This document shows positions 26,301 to 35,241 of a stretch of 64,000 nucleotides of DNA, one piece after another (positions within the stretch are counted from its first letter, which is position 1; each line of letters opens with the position of its first letter). Source of the DNA: Actinomycetota bacterium (GTDB lineage Bacteria; Actinomycetota; Acidimicrobiia; Acidimicrobiales; JACCXE01); NCBI GenBank assembly GCA_048498715.1, contig JBEHXL010000006.1, positions 45,272-109,271 on the forward strand, read 5' to 3'. A model generated the notes under the pieces. It worked only from the letters and a program-made list of their open reading frames with translations, was not told the DNA's origin and did not search any database. The position numbers and the translations under genes are program-made.

Positions 26301-28538
26301 GGTGATGGTCGGCAGCACCGTGTTCACAGGGGCAACCGTCTGGTCGGCAATCACGGGGGTTGCGGGCGACGGCGCGGACGTGAGTGAGCCGTCGGCGTTC
26401 ATGCCCTTCACCGTCACGCGGAAGGTGGAGCCGATGTCATCCGGGTAGACGGGGAGATACGTCTTGCTGGTGGCACCGGCCACCGGGTTGCAGAGGATGC
26501 CGGTGTCGGTGCACTTGGACCACTGGTAATACAGCGTCGGCGAGTTCGCCACGGTGGGCGTGTCGGCGACGGGGTTCCACGTGCTGTTCGCAAGAAGCGG
26601 CGATTCGACGACCGGCTCGCCGGTGATCGTCGGACCGCTGACGATCGCCGCGGTGATCGGGCAGACCACCGGGCTCAGCGCCGTCGAGGAACCAAGGGTG
26701 AAGGTTGCACCCGACGGACAGACGGCGGTGCCGTTCTTCGTGTCGGGGATAAGCGTCGAACCCGACAGGTGATAGCTGGCGTCGCGGCCGTTGGCTTTGG
26801 AGCCGGCGACGAAGGTTGCCGCCGGGATGCCGGTCACGGCCGAGGCGTAGCCGACGCAGCCGGTGATCGGCTGATCACCCGTATCGACCCACACCTTGCC
26901 AGGGGCGCTCGCCGTAGCGGGCGTGTTGCTCATGATCAGCTTGGTGCCGATGATGTGCACGTCGGCGGCACGGCTAGCGCAGGTCGAGGTCGGGCCGACG
27001 AGCGAGGTGGCCGAGTTGTCGAATTGCACCGGGACGTTGGAGGTGAACTTCAACGAGCCAGTGTCGGTGGATGCGTGCGGCGAGTTCGAGCAGGTGCTCT
27101 TGGTGCTGCTGGCGCAGTAGGCCAGCGACGTGGGCGCCGGCACCGCCTTGGCACTGACGGTCTGGAGGCCGCCAAGCACGGAGTAGATCTGGCGGTAGAG
27201 GTCGCCGCGGCCCGAGCCCGTGTAGGTCAGGTTCTCGTTGGCCGCCGACGGGCCACCCGGGGTCGTGACATGGATCTCATTGGGCTCGTTGTCGTACCGG
27301 TGGAACTGAGCCGCAGTGCCGCAGCTGATGAGGCACAGTTCCTGCGTGAGCTTCGGCGTGGCGGCCGGCTCGGTGAGCGGCATCACGGTCGGAAGCGCGG
27401 GAAGCTGGGCCGTGGCCTGGACCGGCGGCAGCGTCAGCGTCGTGCCGCGATGCACCGCAACGGCGGTGTCGAACTTGGATAGCGCCGACGCGTAGGTCGT
27501 CGTGGCCGAGTAGGACACCGGCGCCGTCGACTGCGAATTGTCCGCCGCCGTCGGGTCCGTGTCGAAGAATGGCTGCCTTGTCGTGTCGTAGCCGACCGTC
27601 AGCAGACCGAGCACCATCGGGGCTTCGATCTTGAGCGGCAGCACCGCCTTCGCCAGCGGCATCTTTGTGATCGTCTGCTTCATGACGACGGCGCCCGACG
27701 GGTCGAGCGCGTAGCCCGCCATCGCGCACACGTCGAAGGTGCCGGAGTTGTCGACGTCGATCGGCGTCGGCAGGTTGATGAGACCCGGCATTTGCTTGGT
27801 GACCGTGGTGCCGTCGGGCTTCTGGTACGTCGTGGTCCAGTTGAACTGGAGCAACGTCAGCAGCGCGGGCACAGCAGCGGTGTTCGCGTTGTTGCTGAGG
27901 ATGGCGATGAGGTCGCCGTAGACCGTGTTGTAGACGTTCTTGATCAGCGTGTCGGTGCGGGCATCGGTCTGCTCGATGAGCGGCGACGCGGCCTTGTACA
28001 CGCGCGAAAGATCGACGCCGAGACCGGGAACGAACGACGTCGGCACCGCGGTGAGCGCACACACGGGCGACAGCACGTTCTGGGCGATCTGGAGGCCCGA
28101 GGTCAACGCGGTCGAGAGGCCGAGGCTGAGAACCTGGGCTTCGATCGCGGACACCGCGGCCATCACGTCAGCCTGGGCGCCGGTCGGATCGACGGCCAGG
28201 ATGTCGGCCTGGACTGCGGCGATGCTCGCCTGCAGCGCTGCGACCTGGTCCTGCACGTTCGGAGTCGCAGTACCCGTGATCGTCGCGCCGAGGCCGTTGA
28301 CGGCGCCCACGATCTGGCCGACCGCGGAGGTCGTCTGGTTGAGTCCGCCCGACACGTTCGTGACGCCCAGCACGCCACCGGCGTCCTTGACCGGTGTCAG
28401 TGTCGGTGTCGTCGGAAGTGACGGAAGTGCTCGAGCGACGCCGGAGCTGGCGAGAAAGCTCGCTCCGGTACATACGGCGAGCAACGAAAGCAGAAGCCGG
28501 ACGCGTAAGCGCGTTCGACCAAGGCTCTTTGGTGCCAT
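23376..28538 (-). CDS. 1720-aa secreted surface protein: novel N-terminal region, three Cys-pair Ig-like repeats, many-bladed beta-propeller (DUF5122/delta-60-like repeats)
   Basis: Signal peptide MAPKSLGRTRLRVRLLLSLLAVCTGASFLASSGVARA. Repeats YQWSKCTDTGILC / YQWQKCDASGLSC / YQWEQCDETGANC. About 14 recurrences of GG.F..V.G..R..LA. Confidence 0.8.
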   Translation of the reverse strand: MAPKSLGRTRLRVRLLLSLLAVCTGASFLASSGVARALPSLPTTPTLTPVKDAGGVLGVTNVSGGLNQTTSAVGQIVGAVNGLGATITGTATPNVQDQVAALQASIAAVQADILAVDPTGAQADVMAAVSAIEAQVLSLGLSTALTSGLQIAQNVLSPVCALTAVPTSFVPGLGVDLSRVYKAASPLIEQTDARTDTLIKNVYNTVYGDLIAILSNNANTAAVPALLTLLQFNWTTTYQKPDGTTVTKQMPGLINLPTPIDVDNSGTFDVCAMAGYALDPSGAVVMKQTITKMPLAKAVLPLKIEAPMVLGLLTVGYDTTRQPFFDTDPTAADNSQSTAPVSYSATTTYASALSKFDTAVAVHRGTTLTLPPVQATAQLPALPTVMPLTEPAATPKLTQELCLISCGTAAQFHRYDNEPNEIHVTTPGGPSAANENLTYTGSGRGDLYRQIYSVLGGLQTVSAKAVPAPTSLAYCASSTKSTCSNSPHASTDTGSLKFTSNVPVQFDNSATSLVGPTSTCASRAADVHIIGTKLIMSNTPATASAPGKVWVDTGDQPITGCVGYASAVTGIPAATFVAGSKANGRDASYHLSGSTLIPDTKNGTAVCPSGATFTLGSSTALSPVVCPITAAIVSGPTITGEPVVESPLLANSTWNPVADTPTVANSPTLYYQWSKCTDTGILCNPVAGATSKTYLPVYPDDIGSTFRVTVKGMNADGSLTSAPSPATPVIADQTVAPVNTVLPTITGVAGTGHTLTAHSSRSTDWSQGVSGALTYQWQKCDASGLSCADIPDATNSTYTPVAPADLDSTIQVVVTATNHVGSTAATSAQSRIQPAPVNTVVGTIVRCLNTACTTTAAIPGSPFTGDKLKVTDGTWQAGTATAFLYQWEQCDETGANCSPIAGATTNRYTVSKANDIGKTLRAVVIGTNDNLDDTNAAVKTPTETAATAVVTPAKPALQPAPAVDGIVNSVVGTGHDTTYLGGAFDTAGPAAGGAGAEVLAAGATQGSVVNGAAVTGGVVKAITSDLVSGYFIGGTFTHVQGVACPAFAHITSGGVLDATYCNLGGISGEVRAVNVVNATFLTPTATYYKVAVGGLFTAAGHQNYMLVDPTSKALTFDPAGDPNGAVNAIAFHGTVFTISSTVSQQAKIYIGGDFTKIGSTTANHLARYNWAGTSAAPTIGFDPAYTAGVAGSTVKSIAIVGAGILTAPTSVLVGGDFSGAFKAADAPTARNNAAAFSPTAPGGVLGWNPNTNGVVNTIAVGTSPTSSVPGTVFLGGSFTSSAGLAVQNVVAFGLTNAGANSTTVGQLNSSPSTVWVPSGIDGTVNSISAAATSSTSYIAIGGAFTHAQGEARHRIALYVNAASASTAAAALQPLTAHAGNEVFSLARDASTRLIAGGAFKVLGGVVRHNVAEISQASGVTSFKADTDGPVAAITANADNVYLAGLFSQVNGVSRSGLGAVQQADSTVTSWTPTVSGGSVKSMAADANRVYIGGSFTGVNADTRSGLAAVGTTMGDTSVWNPALNSGATVNSVVLDGANVLAGGSFSNVGSDLRSNAAAISTTSGNATAWSPNPDGAVNIIAVDPDNADAIFLGGSFANAGGAARANLAKVNGSDGGAVSAWQADTNGAVNALVVFSGNLYLAGTYTTTAGNAYGPMSGIDANTGEVLDWQPTPSGTIRTMSLTSSGLLAIGGDFVTFNPPVTPTNATPVFSYRPGFALLG

Positions 28539-28716
28539 TGGTTGTCCCCTTTTTCAGCGCAGACGGCGAGCGTCTGTCGAGGGGTGGAACGAGAACTTTC
28601 GGCGTTCCTTACGGTGCCTTTGCAGGAACAGTCGACAAACTTCCGGGCAGATCGGCCTTACGTAGCCAAATTGGACAGGGACTAAAGGCCCTAGGCAGAC
28701 GCGCCGATGGGGGGAG

Positions 28717-29274
28717 GTGAAGAAGACGCATGTTCGGGGGATGATCACGGTCGGAGCCGTACTCGCGGTATCCGCCGGGTTGCTCAGCCCTGCGCGTGCG
28801 GCGACGTCGGGCGACACCACGACGACGTTCACGCTGACCGCCGGTTCGCTCGCCATCACAGCACCTGCGTCATCTGACCTCGGCTCCGTTGCGACCGGCA
28901 GCGCGACCACGTCGGCACAACTCGGCGCCGTGCAGGTGTCGGACGGACGTGGCGCCTTGCTCGGCACGTGGACCGGCTCCGTGTCGTCGACGGACTTCAC
29001 GACCGGAGGCGGTACCGCCAACGAGAAGATCACCAAGTCGTCGATCGACTACTGGTCCGGTGCCGCGACCGCGAGCAGCGGCGTCGGTGTGTTCACGCCG
29101 GGACAACTCACATCGTTACTGAAGGTCACACTGAGCACCGGGCGGACCGCCTTTGCCGCTGCCTCGGTCGTCGGCAACAACTCGGTCACGTGGAACCCCA
29201 CGGTCGTCGTCAACGTGCCGTCGGCGGCGGTCGCCGGTGGGTACACCGGCACCATCACGCACTCGATCGCGTAG
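28717..29274 (+). CDS. secreted WxL-like surface protein, paralogue 1
   Basis: GTG start as given by the ORF track (start uncertain). Signal peptide ...AVLAVSAGLLSPARA. TFTLTAGSLAITAP..DLGS, YWSG, and C-terminal WNPTVVVNVPSAAVAGGYTGTITHSIA. Confidence 0.65.
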   Translation: MKKTHVRGMITVGAVLAVSAGLLSPARAATSGDTTTTFTLTAGSLAITAPASSDLGSVATGSATTSAQLGAVQVSDGRGALLGTWTGSVSSTDFTTGGGTANEKITKSSIDYWSGAATASSGVGVFTPGQLTSLLKVTLSTGRTAFAAASVVGNNSVTWNPTVVVNVPSAAVAGGYTGTITHSIA

Positions 29275-29299
29275 GCGTATCTGCCAATCTGGCCACTCG

Positions 29300-29797
29300 A
29301 TGGCCAAGCGAGCTGGGTTCGTCCTCGTTGTCGCGGTTGGATGTCTTGTGTTCGCGTCGCCCGCATACGCGGCCTTGTCGATCAGCGTGCCCGGCTCGGC
29401 CAACCTGGGCTCGGCGTCTCCCGGTGCGACCTCGATCACCGGCCAGCTCGGACTCGTGACCGTCAACGCATCGGGTCTCGTCGCGCCGAATTTCACCTCG
29501 ACGGTTTCCACGACCACGTTCACGACCGGAGCCGGCGGAACGAACGAGACGATCGCGAAGTCAGCCGTCTCGTACTGGTCCGGTCCGGCGACGGTCGCCG
29601 TCGGAACGCTGTCGACGACACCCGGTCAGGTGAACGCCGCCGCCGCGCAATCACTGTCGATCACGCGTACGTCCTTCAGCGCGGTGGGTCTGCTGCTTAC
29701 GATCCAAGTAGCGTGGAACCCGACCCTGATCATCACGCTGCCGGCGAACGCCGTGGCGGGCACCTACACCGGCACGATCACCCACTCGGCCGCATGA
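29300..29797 (+). CDS. secreted WxL-like surface protein, paralogue 2
   Basis: ATG 29300. Signal MAKRAGFVLVVAVGCLVFASPAYA. Colinear with paralogue 1 (LSISVPGSANLGS, YWSG, WNPTLIITLPANAVAGTYTGTITHSAA). Confidence 0.65.
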   Translation: MAKRAGFVLVVAVGCLVFASPAYAALSISVPGSANLGSASPGATSITGQLGLVTVNASGLVAPNFTSTVSTTTFTTGAGGTNETIAKSAVSYWSGPATVAVGTLSTTPGQVNAAAAQSLSITRTSFSAVGLLLTIQVAWNPTLIITLPANAVAGTYTGTITHSAA

Positions 29798-30759
29798 GGA
29801 GCCGACTGATCGCGCTCGTCGCCGTGCTCGCCGTTCTGTTCGGCGTGAGTGGTGTTGCGCACGCGGCGGGGAGCATCGGCATTCGGTTGCTCGACGCCCC
29901 CGTCAACCGCAGCGACGATCCGCGGGCGAAGGTGTACATCGTCGATCACGTGGCGCCGGGCACGACGATTTCTCGTCGCGTGGAAGTGAGTAACGACACC
30001 GACGCCACCCAGCGCATCGAGACCTACGCCGCCGCGGCCAGTGTGAAGGATGGCGCGTTCCGGTTCGGCGACGGCCACGCGAAAAACGAGGTGTCGACGT
30101 GGACGACCGTCGATCCCGGCGAGGCCGACTTCGCGGCCGGTGAGAAGCGGGCGGTCAACGTCACGATCGCGGTTCCCGACAACGCCAGCCAGGGCGAGCG
30201 CTACGAGGTGATTTGGGCTTCGGTCGGCGCCGCCGCACCCGAGGGTGGCGGTATCGCCGAGGTCAATCGCGTCGGCGTCCGCGTCTACTTGTCCGTCGGC
30301 CCGGGCGGTGAGCCGCCGTCGGACTTCGACATCACGCAACTGACGGCTCGTCGCCGCGACGGCGTACCTGAGGTCACCGCACGCGTGAAGAACACCGGCG
30401 GGCGTGCCCTGGACCTCACGGGCAGGCTCACGCTGAGCGACGGACCGGGCGGGCTGCGGGCGGGACCGTTCCCCGCGAGCCTCGGCACGACTCTCGGGAT
30501 CGACGGAACCGACACAGTGACCGTCACGCTCGACAAGGCCATCCCGGCCGGCCCATGGAAGGCCAAACTCACCCTGCAGTCCGGTCTGACGACGCGCAGC
30601 GCGACGGCGAAGCTGACCTTCCCCGCGTCGGGAGCCTCGAGCGCCGAACCCGAGGACGGTCCCAATCTCGTCGTGCGCGTCGGCCCCGTCGTCGGAATCG
30701 CAGGCTTGCTGGGACTCGTCGTGTTCGTCCGGCGGCGACGACGCGGAGACGATCACTAG
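29794..30759 (+). CDS. DUF916-like cell-surface protein with C-terminal membrane anchor
   Basis: ATGA overlap with the previous gene. Signal MRSRLIALVAVLAVLFGVSGVAHA. YIVDHVAPGTTISRRVEVSNDTD. C-terminal helix GIAGLLGLVVFV followed by RRRRRGDDH. Confidence 0.6.
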   Translation: MRSRLIALVAVLAVLFGVSGVAHAAGSIGIRLLDAPVNRSDDPRAKVYIVDHVAPGTTISRRVEVSNDTDATQRIETYAAAASVKDGAFRFGDGHAKNEVSTWTTVDPGEADFAAGEKRAVNVTIAVPDNASQGERYEVIWASVGAAAPEGGGIAEVNRVGVRVYLSVGPGGEPPSDFDITQLTARRRDGVPEVTARVKNTGGRALDLTGRLTLSDGPGGLRAGPFPASLGTTLGIDGTDTVTVTLDKAIPAGPWKAKLTLQSGLTTRSATAKLTFPASGASSAEPEDGPNLVVRVGPVVGIAGLLGLVVFVRRRRRGDDH

Positions 30760-30772
30760 CGTCGCTGGCCTG

Positions 30773-33160
30773 ATGAGCACGACGAGCCGCTACCTGCACG
30801 ACGGCTGGATCTTCCAGCAGACCGACGCCACCCCCATCCCGAACAGCAAGGCCGACTCGTGGCTGCCTGCGATCGTGCCGGGCCAGGTTCACCTCGACCT
30901 CCAGCGCAACGGGGTGATCCCGAACCCGTTCGACGGTATGAACGAGCGCGGCGTGCAGTGGGTCGACGACGCGTCGTGGGCGTACTGGAACAAATTCGAG
31001 GTGAGCGACGAAGAACTTGCGGACGCGCGCCACGTCCTCGTCTTCGAAGGCCTCGACACGATCGCCACCGTGCTGCTCAACAACAAAGAGATCGGCGCGA
31101 CCGACAACATGTTCATCGCGCACGAGTTCGATGTGACCGAAGCGCTCAAGGCCGGGGCGAACACCCTCGAGGTGCGGTTCGCTTCGGCGGATGCGACGGG
31201 CGAGGCCCGCAAGGCGGGGGCCGACGAAGAGTTCAGCCGCGTGCCGGCCCGCTCGTTCGTTCGCAAGGCGCAATACATGTGGGGCTGGGACTGGGGTCCC
31301 CGTCTGCGCGGCTGTGGCATCTGGAGGCCCGTACGACTCGTGCGCGTTCCAAACGCCCGCGTGACCGACTGGTCGTGGCGTTCGACGTTCGACGGCGCGA
31401 GCGCGACTGTCGCCGTCGAAGTCGATGTCGAGGGCAACGCACGCGAAGTGAGCGTCGCGATCGTCGGCAACGGCGCCGAGGTGTCGACCCGTGCCGCCGT
31501 CGTGAACGGCGTCGCGACCGCGTCACTCACGATCGACAACGCCGAGCGCTGGTGGTGCGTCGGCCAAGGCGAGCCCACCCTCTACGACCTGACGATCGCG
31601 CTCGACGACGAGGACGTCGTCGACGCTCGCATCGGCTTGCGCGAGATCGAACTCGTGCAAGAGCCCGACGACGCCGGCAAGTCCTTCTTCTTCCGCATCA
31701 ACGGCGTCCCGATCTTCGCCAAAGGTGCCAACTGGATTCCCGACGACTCGTTCCCGTCCCGCACGACGAGCGATCGAGTGCGAGCGGTGTTGCAGCGTGC
31801 CGTCGACTGCGGCATGAACATGATTCGCATCTGGGGTGGCGGGCTCTACGAGTCCGAAGAGTTCTACGACGCGTGCGACGAACTCGGGCTGCTCGTGTGG
31901 CAGGACTTCCCCTTCGCGTGCGCGCTCTATCCCGACGACGATGCGACGGTCGCCGCTCTTGTGCCCGAGTTCACCGCGGCCGTGAAGCGCATCCGCAATC
32001 ACGCGTCTCTCGCGCTGTGGTGCGGCAACAACGAAAACCAGTGGCTCGGCGCGATGGGCGCGTTCGGCGGTGGCCCGCGTCTCTTGGGCGACCGCTTGTA
32101 CGACGACGTGCTTCCTTCGGTCGTCGCCGAACACGACCCGGGCCGCGACTATTGGCCGGGCTCGCCCTGGGGTTCCGACTTCCCCGGTGGCGACCACGAC
32201 GGCGACGCGCACTACTGGAACGTGTGGCACGGCGAGGGCGACTGGGTGCATTACGTGAAGTGCACGTCGCGCTTCGTCAGCGAATTCGGCTTCGCCGCAC
32301 CGCCCGACGAGCGCACGTTGCGCGCGGCGATCGCCCCCGAACATCTCGGTGTCGACACGCCCGTCATGCGCTGGCACGACAAGACGAATAAGGGTTACGA
32401 CACGTACCTCGGCTACATCGCGCTGCACTATCCGATGCCGGCGACGCTCGAGGAGCTCGTCTACTACGGCCAGCTCAATCAGGCCGACGGCATGCGCTTC
32501 GGCATCGAGCACTTTCGTCGCCTGCGCCCGCACACGATGGGCACACTCGTGTGGCAGCTCAACGACTGCTGGCCCGTCCAGAGCTGGGCATGGGTCGACT
32601 ACAACCTGCGACCGAAGGCGGCCTGGTATGCGGCGAAGAAGTTCTACGCGCCGCTGCTGCTCAGCCTCTTCCGCGAGGGCGACGCCGTCGGCGTGCACCT
32701 CGTCAACGACGCCGTCGACGGTCGCACCGGGACGGTCGCGATGCGGGTGATCGATCTCGACGGCACCGTGCTGTTCGAGTGGTCCCAAGACGCCAAGGTC
32801 GACGGGCTCGGCAGCACGCGTGTTGCGACGGTCGAGCTTCCGGCCGACGTGCTCGCCGCGTCGACGCACGCGCTCGTCCACGCCACGTTCGACGACGTCG
32901 AGGCGTCGCTGCTGCTCGCCGAGCCGAAGGATCTGGCGCTCACGGCGTCGCGCATCACCGCGACGGTCGCCGGCGACAAGGTGACGCTGTCGACCGACCG
33001 CCTGGCGCTGTCCGTCATGGTCTGGCTCGACGGCGTCGACGCGACGTGGAGCGACAACTTCTTCCACCTGCTCCCCGGCGAACCGAAGACCATCGCGGTG
33101 TCCGAAGTCGACCTCACCCCCAGCGAACTGTCATCCCGCCTGCGCTGGCGCACCCTCTAA
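30773..33160 (+). CDS. glycoside hydrolase family 2, beta-mannosidase-like
   Basis: 795 aa. LHDGWIFQQ start, NMIRIWGGGLYE, WQDFPFACALYP and ALWCGNNEN motifs typical of GH2 beta-mannosidases. No signal peptide. Lies 13 nt after the upstream stop. Confidence 0.8.
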   Translation: MSTTSRYLHDGWIFQQTDATPIPNSKADSWLPAIVPGQVHLDLQRNGVIPNPFDGMNERGVQWVDDASWAYWNKFEVSDEELADARHVLVFEGLDTIATVLLNNKEIGATDNMFIAHEFDVTEALKAGANTLEVRFASADATGEARKAGADEEFSRVPARSFVRKAQYMWGWDWGPRLRGCGIWRPVRLVRVPNARVTDWSWRSTFDGASATVAVEVDVEGNAREVSVAIVGNGAEVSTRAAVVNGVATASLTIDNAERWWCVGQGEPTLYDLTIALDDEDVVDARIGLREIELVQEPDDAGKSFFFRINGVPIFAKGANWIPDDSFPSRTTSDRVRAVLQRAVDCGMNMIRIWGGGLYESEEFYDACDELGLLVWQDFPFACALYPDDDATVAALVPEFTAAVKRIRNHASLALWCGNNENQWLGAMGAFGGGPRLLGDRLYDDVLPSVVAEHDPGRDYWPGSPWGSDFPGGDHDGDAHYWNVWHGEGDWVHYVKCTSRFVSEFGFAAPPDERTLRAAIAPEHLGVDTPVMRWHDKTNKGYDTYLGYIALHYPMPATLEELVYYGQLNQADGMRFGIEHFRRLRPHTMGTLVWQLNDCWPVQSWAWVDYNLRPKAAWYAAKKFYAPLLLSLFREGDAVGVHLVNDAVDGRTGTVAMRVIDLDGTVLFEWSQDAKVDGLGSTRVATVELPADVLAASTHALVHATFDDVEASLLLAEPKDLALTASRITATVAGDKVTLSTDRLALSVMVWLDGVDATWSDNFFHLLPGEPKTIAVSEVDLTPSELSSRLRWRTL

Positions 33161-33188
33161 ACCCAGCGAACTGGTGCGGATCAGATTT

Positions 33189-33278
33189 TGGCGGAGCGGG
33201 AGGGATTCGAACCCCCGGTCCCTTTCGAGACGCTCGCTTTCAAGGCGAGTGCAATCAACCGAGCTCTGCCACCGCTCC
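33189..33278 (-). tRNA. tRNA-Ser (anticodon TGA), CCA encoded
   Basis: The reverse complement reads GGAGCGG...CTCGC CTTGAAA GCGAG...long variable arm...GGGGGTTCGAATCCCTC CCGCTCC G CCA. Confidence 0.85.
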
Positions 33279-33295
33279 TGGTAGCTGAAAAGAAG

Positions 33296-34240
33296 TTACC
33301 GACTGATGTGGTCGCGCAGAGAACGAGCCCACTCGTCGGCCGAGCGCCACGAGGCTTCGGCATCGCGGCGGATGGCCGGGCCGTGCTCGCCCGCCGCCGG
33401 ATACGACCCGAGGAACTTGAGCGACGCGAGCGACGCGTGCAGGTCGCGCAAGCAGTCGAACACGACCTCGTCGTCGACATGGCCCTCGAAGTCGATGATG
33501 AAGCAGTAGTTGCCGAGCCCCGACTTGGTCGGGCGGCTCTCGAGCTTGGACAGGTTGATGTTGCGAGCAGTGAACTGCCCCAAAATCCCGTGCAACGATC
33601 CAGGCACGTCTGCCCGCTGAAAACAGACGATCGACGTCTTGTCGTGACCGGTCGGGGCCGGGATCACGTTCGGCCGCACCAGCACGAACCGCGTCTTGTT
33701 CTCCGGGTGGTCCTCGATGTCGGCGGCCGCGATCTCGAGCCCGTAATACGACGCCGCGACCGCCGGACCGACCGCCGCGTCGCGCACCGTCTCGCCCGCC
33801 TTCATGCGCTCACCGATGATGCGCGCCGCGTCGGCCGTCGAGTTCGTCGCAGAGAACTCGGCCTGGGGCACGTTCTTCACCAGCCAGTCGCGGCACTGCG
33901 CATGCGCGACGGGCAGCGTCAGCACGTGCTCGATCTCGTCGAGGGCCAAACCGGGCGGCACCATCAAGTTCATGACGATGCGTCGCTCGACCTCGCGCTG
34001 AATGAACAGGTCGTGGTCGAAGATCAACGCGTCGAGCGTCAGGTTGACCGTGCCCTCGATCGCGTTCTCGATCGGCACGAACGCCGCGTCGACTTCGCCG
34101 CGCTCGACCGCCGCGAGCGCCTCGGTCATGACGCCGTAGAGGACGAGCTCGCACGAGGCGAGGTCGGCCTCACCCAGCAATGCCTCCTCCGTGAAGGTGG
34201 CGTGGGGTCCCAGATAGCCGATGCGGCGAAGGTCAGTCAT
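33296..34240 (-). CDS. pheA: prephenate dehydratase
   Basis: 314 aa. IGYLGPHATFTEEA, TRFVLV, and an ACT region with NLSKLESRPTK. Confidence 0.9.
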   Translation of the reverse strand: MTDLRRIGYLGPHATFTEEALLGEADLASCELVLYGVMTEALAAVERGEVDAAFVPIENAIEGTVNLTLDALIFDHDLFIQREVERRIVMNLMVPPGLALDEIEHVLTLPVAHAQCRDWLVKNVPQAEFSATNSTADAARIIGERMKAGETVRDAAVGPAVAASYYGLEIAAADIEDHPENKTRFVLVRPNVIPAPTGHDKTSIVCFQRADVPGSLHGILGQFTARNINLSKLESRPTKSGLGNYCFIIDFEGHVDDEVVFDCLRDLHASLASLKFLGSYPAAGEHGPAIRRDAEASWRSADEWARSLRDHISR

Positions 34241-35228
34241 GGATGGTCAGCAGGCTCGTGATGGTGTTGTCCGTTGTCGAGGTCTCGCCGGCGACCGGCC
34301 CGATGGTGACGGTCAGCGTGGCATCGCCCGAGGGGCTCTTCAGGCCCCGGAACGAGAGCGCTTGGCGCTTGCCGGGGCTGAGGTCGACGAAGTCGCGGGC
34401 AACGTCGGGCAGTCCGCCCGATGCCGGCTGCAGCGCCGCGGTCACCGTGACGTGCTTCTGCGCGACGTTGCCAATGTTTGCGACCACGACCTCCAGTCGA
34501 ACCGATCCCGTCTTCGGCAACAACAGCTTTTCGCCGTCCTTGCCCACCGCAGCCGGCTGGGTCTGCACCAGGACAGTGGCGACATCGACGATCGGCGCGA
34601 CCGACGAGTTCGCCTTGAGGATGTTGACGAACGCTGTGAGCTCGGGCGCTTCCCACTCCGTCGGTTCCTTCACCCACACCGACGGTGCGACCGCTTCCTT
34701 GGCCCCCTTCGCCAGCGTCGTGGCGACGAGATCGGTGAACGCCTTGTAGGTCTGGTCGGCGGCGATGAGGTTGCGCGCGCTCACGACGAGCCGGCCGACG
34801 ACCTCGCTCGGCGACTTGGCCGAGAGCGCGTCGATCATGTCCTGGGCGACGGAGCGGGCGCCGATCACGCGCAGCTGGAGAGTGGCGACGAGCAGGCTCT
34901 GCGCTTCCTGCGCGGCGGGAGGCGCGTCGATGTGCTTCAGCGCCTCGAGGGTGGTCTTGGTCTGCTTGACCACCTGGTCGAGCCGGGCGCGGGTGCCGGG
35001 CCGGCCCAGGTCGCTGGCGTTCTCACGAATCGCCGCGAGGTCGGCGCCCTGCTCCGAGGAGTCGGTGATGAGCGGGCGCACCTCGTCGAGATAACTCATC
35101 TGCTCGAGCTTCTTGTCGCGGCCACTGCCGTTGGCGATCGCGTTGATGCCCAACGCCATCAGGCTGAGAACGGTCGCGAAAACGAGAACCCGGGCGCGAC
35201 GTTGCCGCGCTGTGAGTCGACGGGCCAT
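34233..35228 (-). CDS. hypothetical N-terminally anchored extracytoplasmic protein
   Basis: 331 aa. RRARVLVFATVLSLMALGINAI anchor, a helical middle region and a beta-rich C-terminus. 8-nt overlap with pheA. Confidence 0.6.
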   Translation of the reverse strand: MARRLTARQRRARVLVFATVLSLMALGINAIANGSGRDKKLEQMSYLDEVRPLITDSSEQGADLAAIRENASDLGRPGTRARLDQVVKQTKTTLEALKHIDAPPAAQEAQSLLVATLQLRVIGARSVAQDMIDALSAKSPSEVVGRLVVSARNLIAADQTYKAFTDLVATTLAKGAKEAVAPSVWVKEPTEWEAPELTAFVNILKANSSVAPIVDVATVLVQTQPAAVGKDGEKLLLPKTGSVRLEVVVANIGNVAQKHVTVTAALQPASGGLPDVARDFVDLSPGKRQALSFRGLKSPSGDATLTVTIGPVAGETSTTDNTITSLLTIHD

Positions 35229-35241
35229 GACGGCCCGAACG

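Noticed and set aside
24153-26387. 744-aa plus-strand ORF antisense to the giant surface protein gene, plus many similar ORFs such as 31523..33067, 38792..39874, 39955..41028, 52560..53945, 55497..56657, 56670..57647 and 57725..59152
   Set aside because: All lie opposite genes with strong motif support and have Arg/Asp/Gly-biased low-complexity translations. They are shadow ORFs expected at this GC content.
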